From positions 1-27,960 of the forward strand of contig JAKAJF010000001.1 of the NCBI GenBank assembly GCA_021813875.1: a DNA stretch of 27,960 nucleotides, written 5' to 3'. This document shows positions 10,959 to 20,035 of the stretch, piece by piece; position 1 is the first letter of the stretch, and each line of letters starts with the position of its first letter. The notes below the pieces were generated by a model that saw only the letters and a list, made by a program, of their open reading frames with translations, ran no database searches and was not told the origin of the DNA. The position numbers and the translations under genes are program-made. Source of the DNA: a bacterium. Its GTDB lineage: Bacteria > Patescibacteriota > Patescibacteriia > Patescibacteriales > JAKAJF01.

Positions 10959-12270
10959 AGTGATCGAATACGGGCTCTACCTCCTGATCTTCTTGCTGCC
11001 TTGGCAGACCCGCTTGTTCCTGAAGATAAGCAGGCTCAAGGGCGGCTATTTTGAATACGGAAGCCTGAGTCTTTATCTCTCCGATATTGTTTTAGTCTTG
11101 ATCTTGATTCTGGCTCTAATAGCGAGGACGCAAGAAATCAAAAATCGATCCCGAACACTCGGGACAAAAATCGAAATTACCATCCAAAAAATTTCTTGGA
11201 TATTCGTCCTATTTTTAAATCTCGGGGCCCTTGTCTCTATCTTAGTGGCGCCGGACAGATCGGTGGCCGGTTACCGATATCTGATCTTATGTTTGGGGAT
11301 GGGCCTGTACTGGCTCTTGGCCTCGGCCCGGTTCGATAAGGCCAAGGCTTTTTTCAGCCTGGCCGCCGCCCTGGGCATCCAGGCCGCCCTGGGCATCTGG
11401 CAATTCCTCAAGCAAGCGAGTTTCGCTTCCAAATGGTTGGGCCTGGCCGTCCATCGTCCGGGCGAATTGGGCGCCTCGGTCGTCGAGACTTATCGGGGCG
11501 AGCGCTGGCTCCGGGCCTACGGAGGGCTCGACCATCCCAACGTCCTGGGCGGCAGCCTGGCGGTCGGACTCTTGGTCCTTATCTTTTTGCTCGTCCGCCG
11601 GCTCAAAGAGAAAGGTGGCGGTTGGGAAAAAGCCTCCCTGTTCCTCTTTTATTTCTTGTCTTTGGTCGCCCTGTTCTTCACGTTTTCACGGGGGGCCTGG
11701 CTCGGCCTGGCGGCCGGCGGCCTCATCATCCTGGCCGGCCTTTTCTTGAAAGGCGATGAGGAAGGCGAAAAGATTTTTTTGAAGATCCTTATCGCCTCGA
11801 GTTTAGTCGTGGCCCTATTGTTCTTCCGTTACCATGAATTGGTCCTGACCCGCTTCAACCATGATACCCGGCTGGAAGTCAGATCGAACCAGGAACGGCT
11901 CGAATCCTACCAGGTGGCCGCTCGCCTGATCAGCGGCCATCGGTTCGGAGGGGTGGGGATCGGCAATTATACGATCGCCCTTTCGAAACTCAAGCCCGCC
12001 CTCGAGGCTTGGGCCTACCAGCCGACCCATAACGTCTTTCTTTTGGTCTGGGCCGAGACCGGCCTCTTGGGGCTCGTAGGTTTCGCGGGGCTGTTCCTCT
12101 ATTCCTTCTGGGCCGCTCGCAGGCAGGTCTTCAGCCTGGCCATCTTGGCCGCCCTCCTGGCCATGTTCTCGGTCGATCACTGGTGGTGGAGCCTGCATTA
12201 TGGCATGCTGTTCCTGTGGCTGGTATTGGGAATGGTCCTTGCCTTGACGGAGGAAGAAAATACTTTTTGA
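10942..12270 (+). CDS. O-antigen ligase/Wzy_C-family polytopic membrane protein
   Basis: About 12 TM helices; RAYGGLDHPNVL, TFSRGAWL, GVGIGNY and PTHNVFL motifs. The ATG at 10942 is preferred over 10855. Confidence 0.8.
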   Translation: MKQLNKVIEYGLYLLIFLLPWQTRLFLKISRLKGGYFEYGSLSLYLSDIVLVLILILALIARTQEIKNRSRTLGTKIEITIQKISWIFVLFLNLGALVSILVAPDRSVAGYRYLILCLGMGLYWLLASARFDKAKAFFSLAAALGIQAALGIWQFLKQASFASKWLGLAVHRPGELGASVVETYRGERWLRAYGGLDHPNVLGGSLAVGLLVLIFLLVRRLKEKGGGWEKASLFLFYFLSLVALFFTFSRGAWLGLAAGGLIILAGLFLKGDEEGEKIFLKILIASSLVVALLFFRYHELVLTRFNHDTRLEVRSNQERLESYQVAARLISGHRFGGVGIGNYTIALSKLKPALEAWAYQPTHNVFLLVWAETGLLGLVGFAGLFLYSFWAARRQVFSLAILAALLAMFSVDHWWWSLHYGMLFLWLVLGMVLALTEEENTF

Positions 12271-12302
12271 TTCTCTATCAGCTGTTCACCTTGCGGGGAT
12301 GG

Positions 12303-12328
12303 GGCGGCAGGACAAACCGCCTTTTTTT
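12303..12328 (+). terminator. Intrinsic terminator
   Basis: ggcgg-N9-ccgcc followed by T7, just before an extended -10 (TGCTATAAT, 12343-12351) for the next gene. Confidence 0.55.
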
Positions 12329-12366
12329 ATTTGGAAATAATGCTATAATGGAACCACTGAAAATAT

Positions 12367-13635
12367 ATGAAAAAAACACAAGTATCTAAAACAAGATCGG
12401 GCCTAAGGATCCTTTCCGTCCCTATGAGCGGCACCAAGACCGCCACCATCCTGATTCTGGTCGCCACCGGCTCCAAATACGAGACCCGGGCCAATAACGG
12501 CATCTCCCATTTCCTCGAGCATATGTTCTTCAAGGGCACCGAGAAGCGTCCGACGCCCATGGAGATCTCGGGCGAATTGGACGGCTTGGGCGCCGAGTAT
12601 AACGCCTTCACGAGCAAGGAGTATACCGGCTATTGGATCAAGATCGATTCGAGCAAACTGCCGGCGGCCGTCGAAGTCTTGAGCGACCTCCTGCTTAATT
12701 CCAAGTTCGCCCAGGAAGAGATCGATCGTGAGCGAGGAGTGGTTTTAGAAGAGATCAATATGCGTCTCGACAATCCGATCATCTATATCGACGACCTCTT
12801 CGAAGTGCTGCTTTACGGCGACCAGCCGGCCGGCTGGGAGGTTATCGGCACCCGAGAAAACATCTTGAAATTCCAGCGCCAAGATTTTATCGATTATATC
12901 ACTTCCCAATACGGCTCGGAGAGGATGGTCGTCTGCCTGGCCGGCAAGTTCACCCCCAAGTCTTTGGAACTGGTCAAGAAGCAGTTCGGAGGGGTCAAGA
13001 AGGCCGCTTCCAGCAAGGCCGCCAAGACCCGGGAGGCTCAGAAAGTCCCGCAGGTGATGGCCCTCTATAAGGCCACCGACCAAGCCCATCTCTCCGTCGG
13101 GGTCAGGGGGATCCCCGAAGGCCATAAGGACGAGTTTCCGTTGCGGGTCCTGTCCGTGCTTCTGGGCGGGTCGATGAGCTCGAGGATGTTTATGGAGCTC
13201 CGGGAAAAGCGGGGCCTGGCTTATTACGTGCGTACCGAAGCTGAATTTTATGACGATAGCGGCTACTTGACCACCACCGCCGGCGTGCCCCTGGACAAGA
13301 TCAAGGACGCTTTGCGGATCATCATGACCGAATATCGGAAGCTCTTGCGAGAACCGATTAGGGCGGACGAGCTGAAGAAGGTGAAAGACCTGATCTGCGG
13401 CCGGGTCATCCTGCAGCTTGAAGCCTCGGACGATATCGCCAATTGGTATGCGCGACACCTGCTTTTAGAGAATAAGATTTTCAGTCCCGAAGATTTCCTG
13501 AAAAAGATCCGGGCGGTCAGAGCGGAGGACTTGAGCCGCATCGCCAAACAGATCCTGGTCGGGAAGAATTTGAATCTGGCCATCATCGGTCCTTACCAGG
13601 ATGGCGAAGAATTTAAAGAATTATTAAACTTTTGA
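12367..13635 (+). CDS. M16 (pitrilysin/insulinase) family zinc peptidase
   Basis: GSKYE, inverted zincin HFLEH, NAFTSKE, E-rich second ligand region and SSRMFMELREKRGLAY. Confidence 0.93.
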   Translation: MKKTQVSKTRSGLRILSVPMSGTKTATILILVATGSKYETRANNGISHFLEHMFFKGTEKRPTPMEISGELDGLGAEYNAFTSKEYTGYWIKIDSSKLPAAVEVLSDLLLNSKFAQEEIDRERGVVLEEINMRLDNPIIYIDDLFEVLLYGDQPAGWEVIGTRENILKFQRQDFIDYITSQYGSERMVVCLAGKFTPKSLELVKKQFGGVKKAASSKAAKTREAQKVPQVMALYKATDQAHLSVGVRGIPEGHKDEFPLRVLSVLLGGSMSSRMFMELREKRGLAYYVRTEAEFYDDSGYLTTTAGVPLDKIKDALRIIMTEYRKLLREPIRADELKKVKDLICGRVILQLEASDDIANWYARHLLLENKIFSPEDFLKKIRAVRAEDLSRIAKQILVGKNLNLAIIGPYQDGEEFKELLNF

Positions 13636-13636
13636 T

Positions 13637-14443
13637 ATGTTCGCTTTAAGACTCGATAAAGTCAGGCAGCTCGATCCTTTGCGGGAAGGAGAGAATCTAT
13701 TGTTCAAGAAATACGCCAAGACCCTGGAAGAATACCGGTTGAAGATGGAAGATTTCGAAGATGTCTACGGCCGGGAGACGATCGAGAAAGACCGAGCCTT
13801 CCTGGAGGCGCTCAAGGCCAAGGAAGATGCCAAGACCGACCGGGGCGTCTTGCTCGAGGGCATCTTGGCCGAGCACGCCGAGCTTTCCAACTGGTTCGGC
13901 CAGGATTCGAGCGTCATTCCTCTGTCCGAGTATGATGACCGCCTGGCTCACGGAGATCTGGTCCTAGAGATGGGCGAGGAAGAGAAGGTGAGAATCCTGA
14001 TGGACGTGACCAGCAGCGTGGCCCAAAATACTTTGGAGAAAAAGATCGATAGGAGCATCGACAGCATCAAGGCGGGCAGATTGAGCAAGATCAAATATTT
14101 CGAATCCGGCGATTTCAAGGGCAGGCTGGAATACGTGCCCCGGGTGGTCGTAGGGCTCAATCCGGAAACCTTGAGGGAATTCTGCGACGATGTCTTGCAG
14201 GACAAGAACAGGCAGGAGAAAAACCCTTTGCAGATGATGCTTCTGGACGAGATGCTCCACCAGCTGACCTTCATGTACGAAACCGCCAAGGAAGTCCGAG
14301 GCAAGGACGACCGGGCGGCCGAAGAAATAAAAAAAGCCCTGAAACTGATCCAGGACCTATCCATAAAAAAAGAGAGCCTTCGCGACCATGATTATGACCG
14401 GAAGGCTAATGCGGATTGGGCTTATAAGGCTCTGACCTCGTAA
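13637..14443 (+). CDS. Hypothetical protein, possible PD-(D/E)XK-like fold
   Basis: Codon usage matches neighbours. The pattern SEYDD...GDLVLE...MDVT suggests a degenerate nuclease core; not certain. Confidence 0.6.
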   Translation: MFALRLDKVRQLDPLREGENLLFKKYAKTLEEYRLKMEDFEDVYGRETIEKDRAFLEALKAKEDAKTDRGVLLEGILAEHAELSNWFGQDSSVIPLSEYDDRLAHGDLVLEMGEEEKVRILMDVTSSVAQNTLEKKIDRSIDSIKAGRLSKIKYFESGDFKGRLEYVPRVVVGLNPETLREFCDDVLQDKNRQEKNPLQMMLLDEMLHQLTFMYETAKEVRGKDDRAAEEIKKALKLIQDLSIKKESLRDHDYDRKANADWAYKALTS

Positions 14444-14570
14444 AAATTCTGGCGGCCCGGTGCGCTTCTTTTCTGGAGCCGGACCGGACCATGATGCGGG
14501 AAGCTCTGGCTTTGCCTACCTTATTTGTTAAAATTTTCTTAAAAAGACCGGAAAAACTTTGGTTTTTCAC
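14406..14570 (-). CDS. 54-aa basic small protein (not in the ORF track)
   Basis: GTG start immediately after AAGGAGGAGGA. Translation: MKNQSFSGLFKKILTNKVGKARASRIMVRSGSRKEAHRAARIFTRSEPYKPNPH*. It has its own promoter upstream. Confidence 0.5.
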   Translation of the reverse strand: MKNQSFSGLFKKILTNKVGKARASRIMVRSGSRKEAHRAARIFTRSEPYKPNPH

Positions 14571-14599
14571 TCCTCCTCCTTTATTTTAGTGAGACTTAT

Positions 14600-14628
14600 A
14601 TCTTAGCAAAAAAAGGGGATTTTGTCAA
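14600..14628 (-). promoter_or_regulatory. Sigma70-type promoter (minus strand)
   Basis: TTGACA-N17-TAAGAT with an extended TGn; points toward the SD and GTG at 14570. Confidence 0.7.
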
Positions 14629-14641
14629 GTCTAAAGGCTCT

Positions 14642-17600
14642 ATGGCCAATCTGATGGAAAATTTGAACCAGGAGCAATTGGAAGCAGTCCTCCATCGCGA
14701 AGGCCCGCTTTTGATCGTGGCCGGGGCCGGCACCGGCAAAACCACCGTCATCTCCCAGAAGATCGCCTACATGATCGAACAGGGCTGGGCCGGTACCGAA
14801 GAAATCCTGGCCCTCACCTTTACCGAGAAGGCCGCCGAAGAGATGGAGTCGCGTGTGGGCGAGCTCCTGCCGATCGGCTACTTCGATCTCTGGGTCTCGA
14901 CCTTCCACGGTTTCTGCGAGCGCATCTTGAAGGCCCACGGTCTCGACATCGGCCTGCCTGGCGACTTCAGGCTCTTGAACGAATTCGAACAATGGGTCCT
15001 GGTCAAGAAGAACCTGGACAGATTCAAGCTTGATTATTACCGACCGATGGGCAACCCGACCAAATTCATCCGGGCGCTCCTCCGGCATTTTTCCCGCCTC
15101 AAGGACGAAGACATCGGTCCGGAAGAATATCTGAAATACGCTGAAGAACTGAAGGCTGATCAGGACGCCATGCTCGGCGGCGCGAAAAAGGTCAAAAGTA
15201 AAAGATCAAAACTAAAAGAGGCGACCAATTCCCAATTAAATGAAGATGGCGAGATAGGAACGCAAGAAATAGCGAGGATCAATGAAGTGGCCGAAGCCTA
15301 TCATACCTATCAGCAGCTGCTTTTGGAAAATAACAGTCTGGATTTCGGCGACATCATCGGCTATACCTTGCGGCTCTTCAAGAAGCGGCCGGCCATTTTG
15401 AAAAAATACCGTGAGCAGTTTAAATACGTGCTGGTCGACGAATTTCAGGATACCAACTGGGCCCAGTACGAACTGGTAAAGATGCTCGCGGCCGGACGCG
15501 ACAACCTGGTGGTGGTCGGCGATGACGATCAGAGCATCTATAAATTCCGCGGCGCCTCGGTGGCCAACATCCTGCAATTCAAGAAGGATTTTCCCAGAGC
15601 CAAGCAGATCGTCCTGGTCAGGAACTACCGCAGCCGGCAGAATATTCTCGACCTGGCCTACGGATTCATCAAGCTCAACGATCCCAACCGCCTCGAATGG
15701 CAACTCGCGCAAGAAAACAAGAAAAGAAAAAAACAAGAAACCAGATTTGAAAGCCTGGATAAAAAGTTAATCGCCAAAGACCAGACAAAGGGGATCATCG
15801 AAGTAATTGAAGGCGAGGACCTGGAAGACGAGGTCAGAAAGGTCGTCGAAAAGATCGGCGAGCTGAAGAGCGGGGATAAGAAGGCCTCCTGGAGCGATTT
15901 CGCCATCCTGGTCCGGGCCAACGACGCGGCCAAGGAATTCTGCTCCTACCTCGACCTGGCCGGTCTGCCTTACCAATTCCTGGCTTCCCGCGGCCTTTAC
16001 GCCAAGCCGGTCATCATGGACCTGATCTCTTATCTGAAACTTTTGGACGATTACCATGAGAGCCGCGCCCTTTACCGCGTCCTCAACCTGCCCTTCTTCA
16101 AGTTCGCCTACGAGGAGCTGGTCAACTTCAACTATTGGGCGGGCAGGAAGAGCTGGTCGCTCTTCGAAGTCCTGAAGAATGCCTCCCTCTTCAATTTCCA
16201 AGAAGCGACCCGGGAAAAGATCGGGCGCGTCTTGGACCTGATCACCAAGCACGAAAGTTCGGTCAGGCACAAGAGCGTCTCCGAGGTGATCTTCGCCTTC
16301 CTGAACGATAGCGGCTACTTGAAATATCTCAACGGGCTCGAGGAGGCTAAAGAGCAGGAGATCTTGAATTATCTGAACCAATTCATGAAGCGGGCCAAGG
16401 CCTTCGAGGCCGGTTCTGATGATAAGAGCGTCAAGCAATTCTTGCGCGAACTAGAGATGGAGATGGATTCTGGCGAGGAGGGTTCGCTCGCTCCGGATCT
16501 CGAATCCGGTCCGGAAGCCATCAAAGTCATGACCGCTCATGGGTCCAAGGGCACGGAATATAAGCATGTCTTCATCGCCAACCTGGTCGACAAGCGCTTC
16601 CCGACCATCGAAAGGAAGGAGCAGATCGAGATCCCGAACGCCCTGGTCCGGGAGGCCCTGCCTGAGGGCGACGTGCATCTGGAAGAAGAGAGGCGCCTCT
16701 TTTACGTAGCCATGACTAGGGCCAAGGAAGGCTTGTATTTCTCCTGGGCCTCCGATTATGGAGGGGCGAGGAAGAAGAAACCCTCGCGTTTCCTGGAGGA
16801 ATGCGGCCTGGTTTCCGAAGGGAAAAAGGCCCTTAAGAAGGGAGAAAATATGCAGCTTTTCTCCAGACCCGTGGCCGTCGTGCCGGCCAAGATGAATTTC
16901 CAGCTGCCTTCTTACTTCTCCTATACCCAGCTGGCCGCCTTTTCTAACTGCCCTCATCAATACCGCTTCGCCCATGTCTTAAAGGTTCCTATCCGCGGCA
17001 AGAGCGTCTTTTCCTTCGGCAAGACCCTGCATTCCACCTTGCAGAAACTGTTCCAGCTGATCAATGAAAAAAACTCCTTGAAGCAGGCCGACCTGTTCGG
17101 CGGCGAGAAGGACCAGAAAGGGACCAAGGTCAGTTTTGCTGAGTTGGAGAAGTTTTATCAGGAGAGCTGGATCGATGATTGGTACGGATCCAAAGACGAG
17201 AAAGAAAAATCTTTCCAGAAAGGCAAAGAGATCCTCAAAGGTTTTTATGAAAAATATAAGGACGATTGGCCCGCCGCCCTTTTTCTTGAGAAGAGCTTTA
17301 ATATCAAAATCAGGAGCGGCCAGGAGATCTACACTGTGCGGGGAGCCATCGATAGGATCGATGACGTCGGCGGCAAGCTGAAGATCGTCGATTATAAGAC
17401 CGGCCGGCCGAAAGAGAAGCTGACCTTCGAGGAGAAGGAGCAGCTCCTGATCTACCAGATGGCCGTCCAAGAGCTCTTCCGGCAGGAAGTGGCCTCGCTC
17501 GCTTTCTACTATCTGGACGATAATTCCGAGATTGAATTCGTGGGTACGGAAGAGGAGCTCGGGAAAGTCAGGGACAAGATCGTCGACATCATCTCTCGGA

Positions 17601-17686
17601 TCAGGCGGGGCGAGTTCCCGGCCAAGCCCTCGCAGCTTTGCAAATACTGCGATTTCTATGATATCTGCGAGGCTCGACAAAATTAA
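14642..17686 (+). CDS. UvrD/PcrA-like SF1 helicase fused to a C-terminal Fe-S PD-(D/E)XK nuclease (AddA/AdnB-like)
   Basis: AGAGTGKT, LTFTEKAA, VDEFQD, VGDDDQSIY, RNYRS, TAHGSKGTE and EERRLFYVAMTRA; then FSNCP, GAIDRID, IVDYKTG and CKYCDFYDIC. Confidence 0.92.
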   Translation: MANLMENLNQEQLEAVLHREGPLLIVAGAGTGKTTVISQKIAYMIEQGWAGTEEILALTFTEKAAEEMESRVGELLPIGYFDLWVSTFHGFCERILKAHGLDIGLPGDFRLLNEFEQWVLVKKNLDRFKLDYYRPMGNPTKFIRALLRHFSRLKDEDIGPEEYLKYAEELKADQDAMLGGAKKVKSKRSKLKEATNSQLNEDGEIGTQEIARINEVAEAYHTYQQLLLENNSLDFGDIIGYTLRLFKKRPAILKKYREQFKYVLVDEFQDTNWAQYELVKMLAAGRDNLVVVGDDDQSIYKFRGASVANILQFKKDFPRAKQIVLVRNYRSRQNILDLAYGFIKLNDPNRLEWQLAQENKKRKKQETRFESLDKKLIAKDQTKGIIEVIEGEDLEDEVRKVVEKIGELKSGDKKASWSDFAILVRANDAAKEFCSYLDLAGLPYQFLASRGLYAKPVIMDLISYLKLLDDYHESRALYRVLNLPFFKFAYEELVNFNYWAGRKSWSLFEVLKNASLFNFQEATREKIGRVLDLITKHESSVRHKSVSEVIFAFLNDSGYLKYLNGLEEAKEQEILNYLNQFMKRAKAFEAGSDDKSVKQFLRELEMEMDSGEEGSLAPDLESGPEAIKVMTAHGSKGTEYKHVFIANLVDKRFPTIERKEQIEIPNALVREALPEGDVHLEEERRLFYVAMTRAKEGLYFSWASDYGGARKKKPSRFLEECGLVSEGKKALKKGENMQLFSRPVAVVPAKMNFQLPSYFSYTQLAAFSNCPHQYRFAHVLKVPIRGKSVFSFGKTLHSTLQKLFQLINEKNSLKQADLFGGEKDQKGTKVSFAELEKFYQESWIDDWYGSKDEKEKSFQKGKEILKGFYEKYKDDWPAALFLEKSFNIKIRSGQEIYTVRGAIDRIDDVGGKLKIVDYKTGRPKEKLTFEEKEQLLIYQMAVQELFRQEVASLAFYYLDDNSEIEFVGTEEELGKVRDKIVDIISRIRRGEFPAKPSQLCKYCDFYDICEARQN

Positions 17687-17737
17687 AAAAAGACCAGGCC
17701 GCTTCCAGTCTTCCCGAGGAATCGGCCTTTGTTTCTC

Positions 17738-17766
17738 TTGAAAAAAAGGGGACAAAATGGTAAGGT
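17738..17766 (+). promoter_or_regulatory. Possible promoter for the operon containing pheS/pheT
   Basis: TTGAAA-N17-TAAGGT with TG at the extended -10 position. Confidence 0.4.
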
Positions 17767-17820
17767 AAAGATTAGAAAGCCTTGATCATCAGGCTTTATT
17801 CTCAATCATTCAGGCGAACT

Positions 17821-18234
17821 ATGACCTTGCGCGCTTATCTATCGCTCATGACGGCGGCCACCTTGATCTGTTGGTTGGCTTTCGTTTTTATAATTTTCAT
17901 GGTCAATCCGGAGGTTACCAATTGGATCGGCTTCTTGCTATTCTACCTATCCTTGTTCATGGCCCTGGTCGGGACGGGGGCGGTGGCCGGCTTTCTGGTA
18001 AGATTCGTCGGTTTGAAACGTAAACTCGCCTTCCATTCGGTCAGGGAAGCTTTCCGCCAGTCCTTCCTTTTTTCCTTCCTGGTGGTGGCCGTCCTGATCC
18101 TCCTGTCCCAGAACCTCTTCGGCTGGCTCAACCTGCTCCTCTTAATCATCGGCTTGTCGGTCTTAGAGTTTTTCCTGGTCGGCTATTCGCGGCCGAATTA
18201 CGTGAGCCGCGTCCCTGACGGGGAGGAGAGATAG
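17821..18234 (+). CDS. Hypothetical 4-TM membrane protein
   Basis: ATG at 17821; four hydrophobic helices; FRQSFLFS segment. Confidence 0.75.
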   Translation: MTLRAYLSLMTAATLICWLAFVFIIFMVNPEVTNWIGFLLFYLSLFMALVGTGAVAGFLVRFVGLKRKLAFHSVREAFRQSFLFSFLVVAVLILLSQNLFGWLNLLLLIIGLSVLEFFLVGYSRPNYVSRVPDGEER

Positions 18235-18236
18235 CT

Positions 18237-18590
18237 ATGAGATTCGAAAGATTCGACGAGCACGAGCGGAGCATGGCCCATAAGGAAGGACCGCTGGACG
18301 AGATGTCTTTGGGCCTGATCAAAAGGCATCTTTACGAATTGACCCCTGAAGGAGGCAATTGCCATCAGATAAGCAACGCTTTGACGGTTTTATATAACGG
18401 TCTTGATTCTATCGAGACTTGCCTGAAGCTCAAAGGAGCTGATGAAGAAACGATCAGAAATTTTAATTACTGCGAAGCTAAAGATTTATTCCCGGATGAG
18501 TGCGAGATGATCGAAAGGAATTATGGCAAGTTTAAGAAGCGCATAGAAGATTTAAAGAAAAAAAATAATCAATTTAAAGATGAAAGATGA
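18237..18590 (+). CDS. Hypothetical protein
   Basis: 117 aa, tightly packed between neighbours and overlapping the pheS start; no recognisable motif. Confidence 0.6.
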   Translation: MRFERFDEHERSMAHKEGPLDEMSLGLIKRHLYELTPEGGNCHQISNALTVLYNGLDSIETCLKLKGADEETIRNFNYCEAKDLFPDECEMIERNYGKFKKRIEDLKKKNNQFKDER

Positions 18591-19608
18591 AATTTTAAAA
18601 TTGAAGGCGGAAACTTTGAAAGAGCTGGAGCGGACGAAAGATCCGGAAGCGTTGCGCGACCTGGAAATCAAAGTATTGGGACGCAAAGGCCGCCTGACCG
18701 AAATTTTGCGCGGGCTTTCGGGCTTGAGCGAGGAAGAGAAGAGGGATGTCGGCAAGCTGGCTAACGAAGTCAAACTCGAGCTCGCTGCCAAGCTCAAAGA
18801 AGCCAAGAATCATCTTCTGAAGTTCTCAAGAGCGGAAGGGGCGGTCGACGTGACCCTGCCGGGAGAGAAGCTTCTTCGCGGCCATATCCATCCCATCACC
18901 AAGGTCCAGAACGAGATCGAGGATTTCTTCAGCTCGCTCGGTTTCATGGTTCTGGACGGGCCGGAGCTCGAATCCGACTTCTTCAATTTCGAAGCCCTGA
19001 ACATTCCCCGCCACCATCCGGCCCGCGACATGCAGGATACTTTTTACATCGATCATAAGAACGGCGAAGGGGAATACGACCTGGTCATGAGGACGCACAC
19101 CTCGCCGGTCCAGGTCCGGGCCATGCGCAAGTATGGCGCGCCCCTGCGTTCGATCATGCCGGGCAAATGTTTCAGGAGCGAGGCGACCGACGTCCGTCAT
19201 GAGCATACCTTCTACCAGGTGGAAGGCTTAATGATCGACCAGAACATCAATCTGAGCCATCTGAAGGGCATCTTGGAAGCCTTGGCCAGGCATCTTTACG
19301 GCCCGGAAACCAAGGTCCGCTTGAGGCCGAAATTCTATCCCTTCGTCGAACCGGGCGTCAACGGCGAGGTCAGCTGTTTCGTCTGTCATGGTCAGGGCTG
19401 CCGGCTCTGCAAGTCGACCGGCTGGCTCGAGATCTTCGGCGCCGGGCTGGTGCATCCGAACGTCTTGCGCGCAGGCCGGATAGATCCGGAGAAATACCAG
19501 GGCTTCGCTTTCGGCTTCGGCCTGAACCGCCTGGTCATGCTCAAATACGGCATCGAAGATATCCGCCTCTTCAATAGCGGCGACCTGAGGTTTCTGGAAC
19601 AATTCTAA
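18580..19608 (+). CDS. pheS: Phenylalanine--tRNA ligase alpha subunit
   Basis: LGRKG, DVTLPG, HPARDMQDTFY, RTHTSPVQ, FYQVEGL, FYPFVEP and GFAFGFG motifs. Confidence 0.97.
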   Translation: MKDEILKLKAETLKELERTKDPEALRDLEIKVLGRKGRLTEILRGLSGLSEEEKRDVGKLANEVKLELAAKLKEAKNHLLKFSRAEGAVDVTLPGEKLLRGHIHPITKVQNEIEDFFSSLGFMVLDGPELESDFFNFEALNIPRHHPARDMQDTFYIDHKNGEGEYDLVMRTHTSPVQVRAMRKYGAPLRSIMPGKCFRSEATDVRHEHTFYQVEGLMIDQNINLSHLKGILEALARHLYGPETKVRLRPKFYPFVEPGVNGEVSCFVCHGQGCRLCKSTGWLEIFGAGLVHPNVLRAGRIDPEKYQGFAFGFGLNRLVMLKYGIEDIRLFNSGDLRFLEQF

Positions 19609-19612
19609 GCTT

Positions 19613-20035
19613 ATGAAAATAATGATCGGCGGCAGCATGACTTTTGCCGGGGAGATGAAGGCCGCCCGGGAAACTTTGGAAAGGTTGGGATACGAGGCCT
19701 ATGTCCCTTTGGATACCGAGCAGGTGAGCAAAGACGCGAGCAAGAAGACCGACATGGCCTTCTTGAAAGAACTGGGCGTCGGCCGGGGCGATGCGGAACT
19801 GGTGGCTCGGAGCGATGCTTTTCTAATCCTGAATTATGAGAAATATGGCATCAAGGGCTATATCGGCCCAGGGGCCTATCGCGACTTAAGCGTCGCTTGG
19901 TGGCTCAAGAAAAAGATCTTTTTCCTTTTTCCTTACGATGAGGATCAGAACCACCATAAATACGAGATGCTCGGCTTCGAGCCGATCATCTTGGAAGGAA
20001 AGCTTGAAAATATAAGAAATTTTTTAAATATATGA
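19613..20035 (+). CDS. Hypothetical protein, nucleoside 2-deoxyribosyltransferase-like Rossmannoid fold
   Basis: KIMIGGSM...SDAFLILN...GYIG...A...KKIF pattern. Confidence 0.55.
   Translation: MKIMIGGSMTFAGEMKAARETLERLGYEAYVPLDTEQVSKDASKKTDMAFLKELGVGRGDAELVARSDAFLILNYEKYGIKGYIGPGAYRDLSVAWWLKKKIFFLFPYDEDQNHHKYEMLGFEPIILEGKLENIRNFLNI

Noticed and set aside
16900-17686. Cas4 / CRISPR adaptation gene
   Set aside because: The Fe-S nuclease is fused to a UvrD motor in a housekeeping context, with no cas1/cas2 or array.
17687-18580. T-box leader for pheS
   Set aside because: No T-box sequence or specifier stem is seen, and pheS overlaps the upstream gene.
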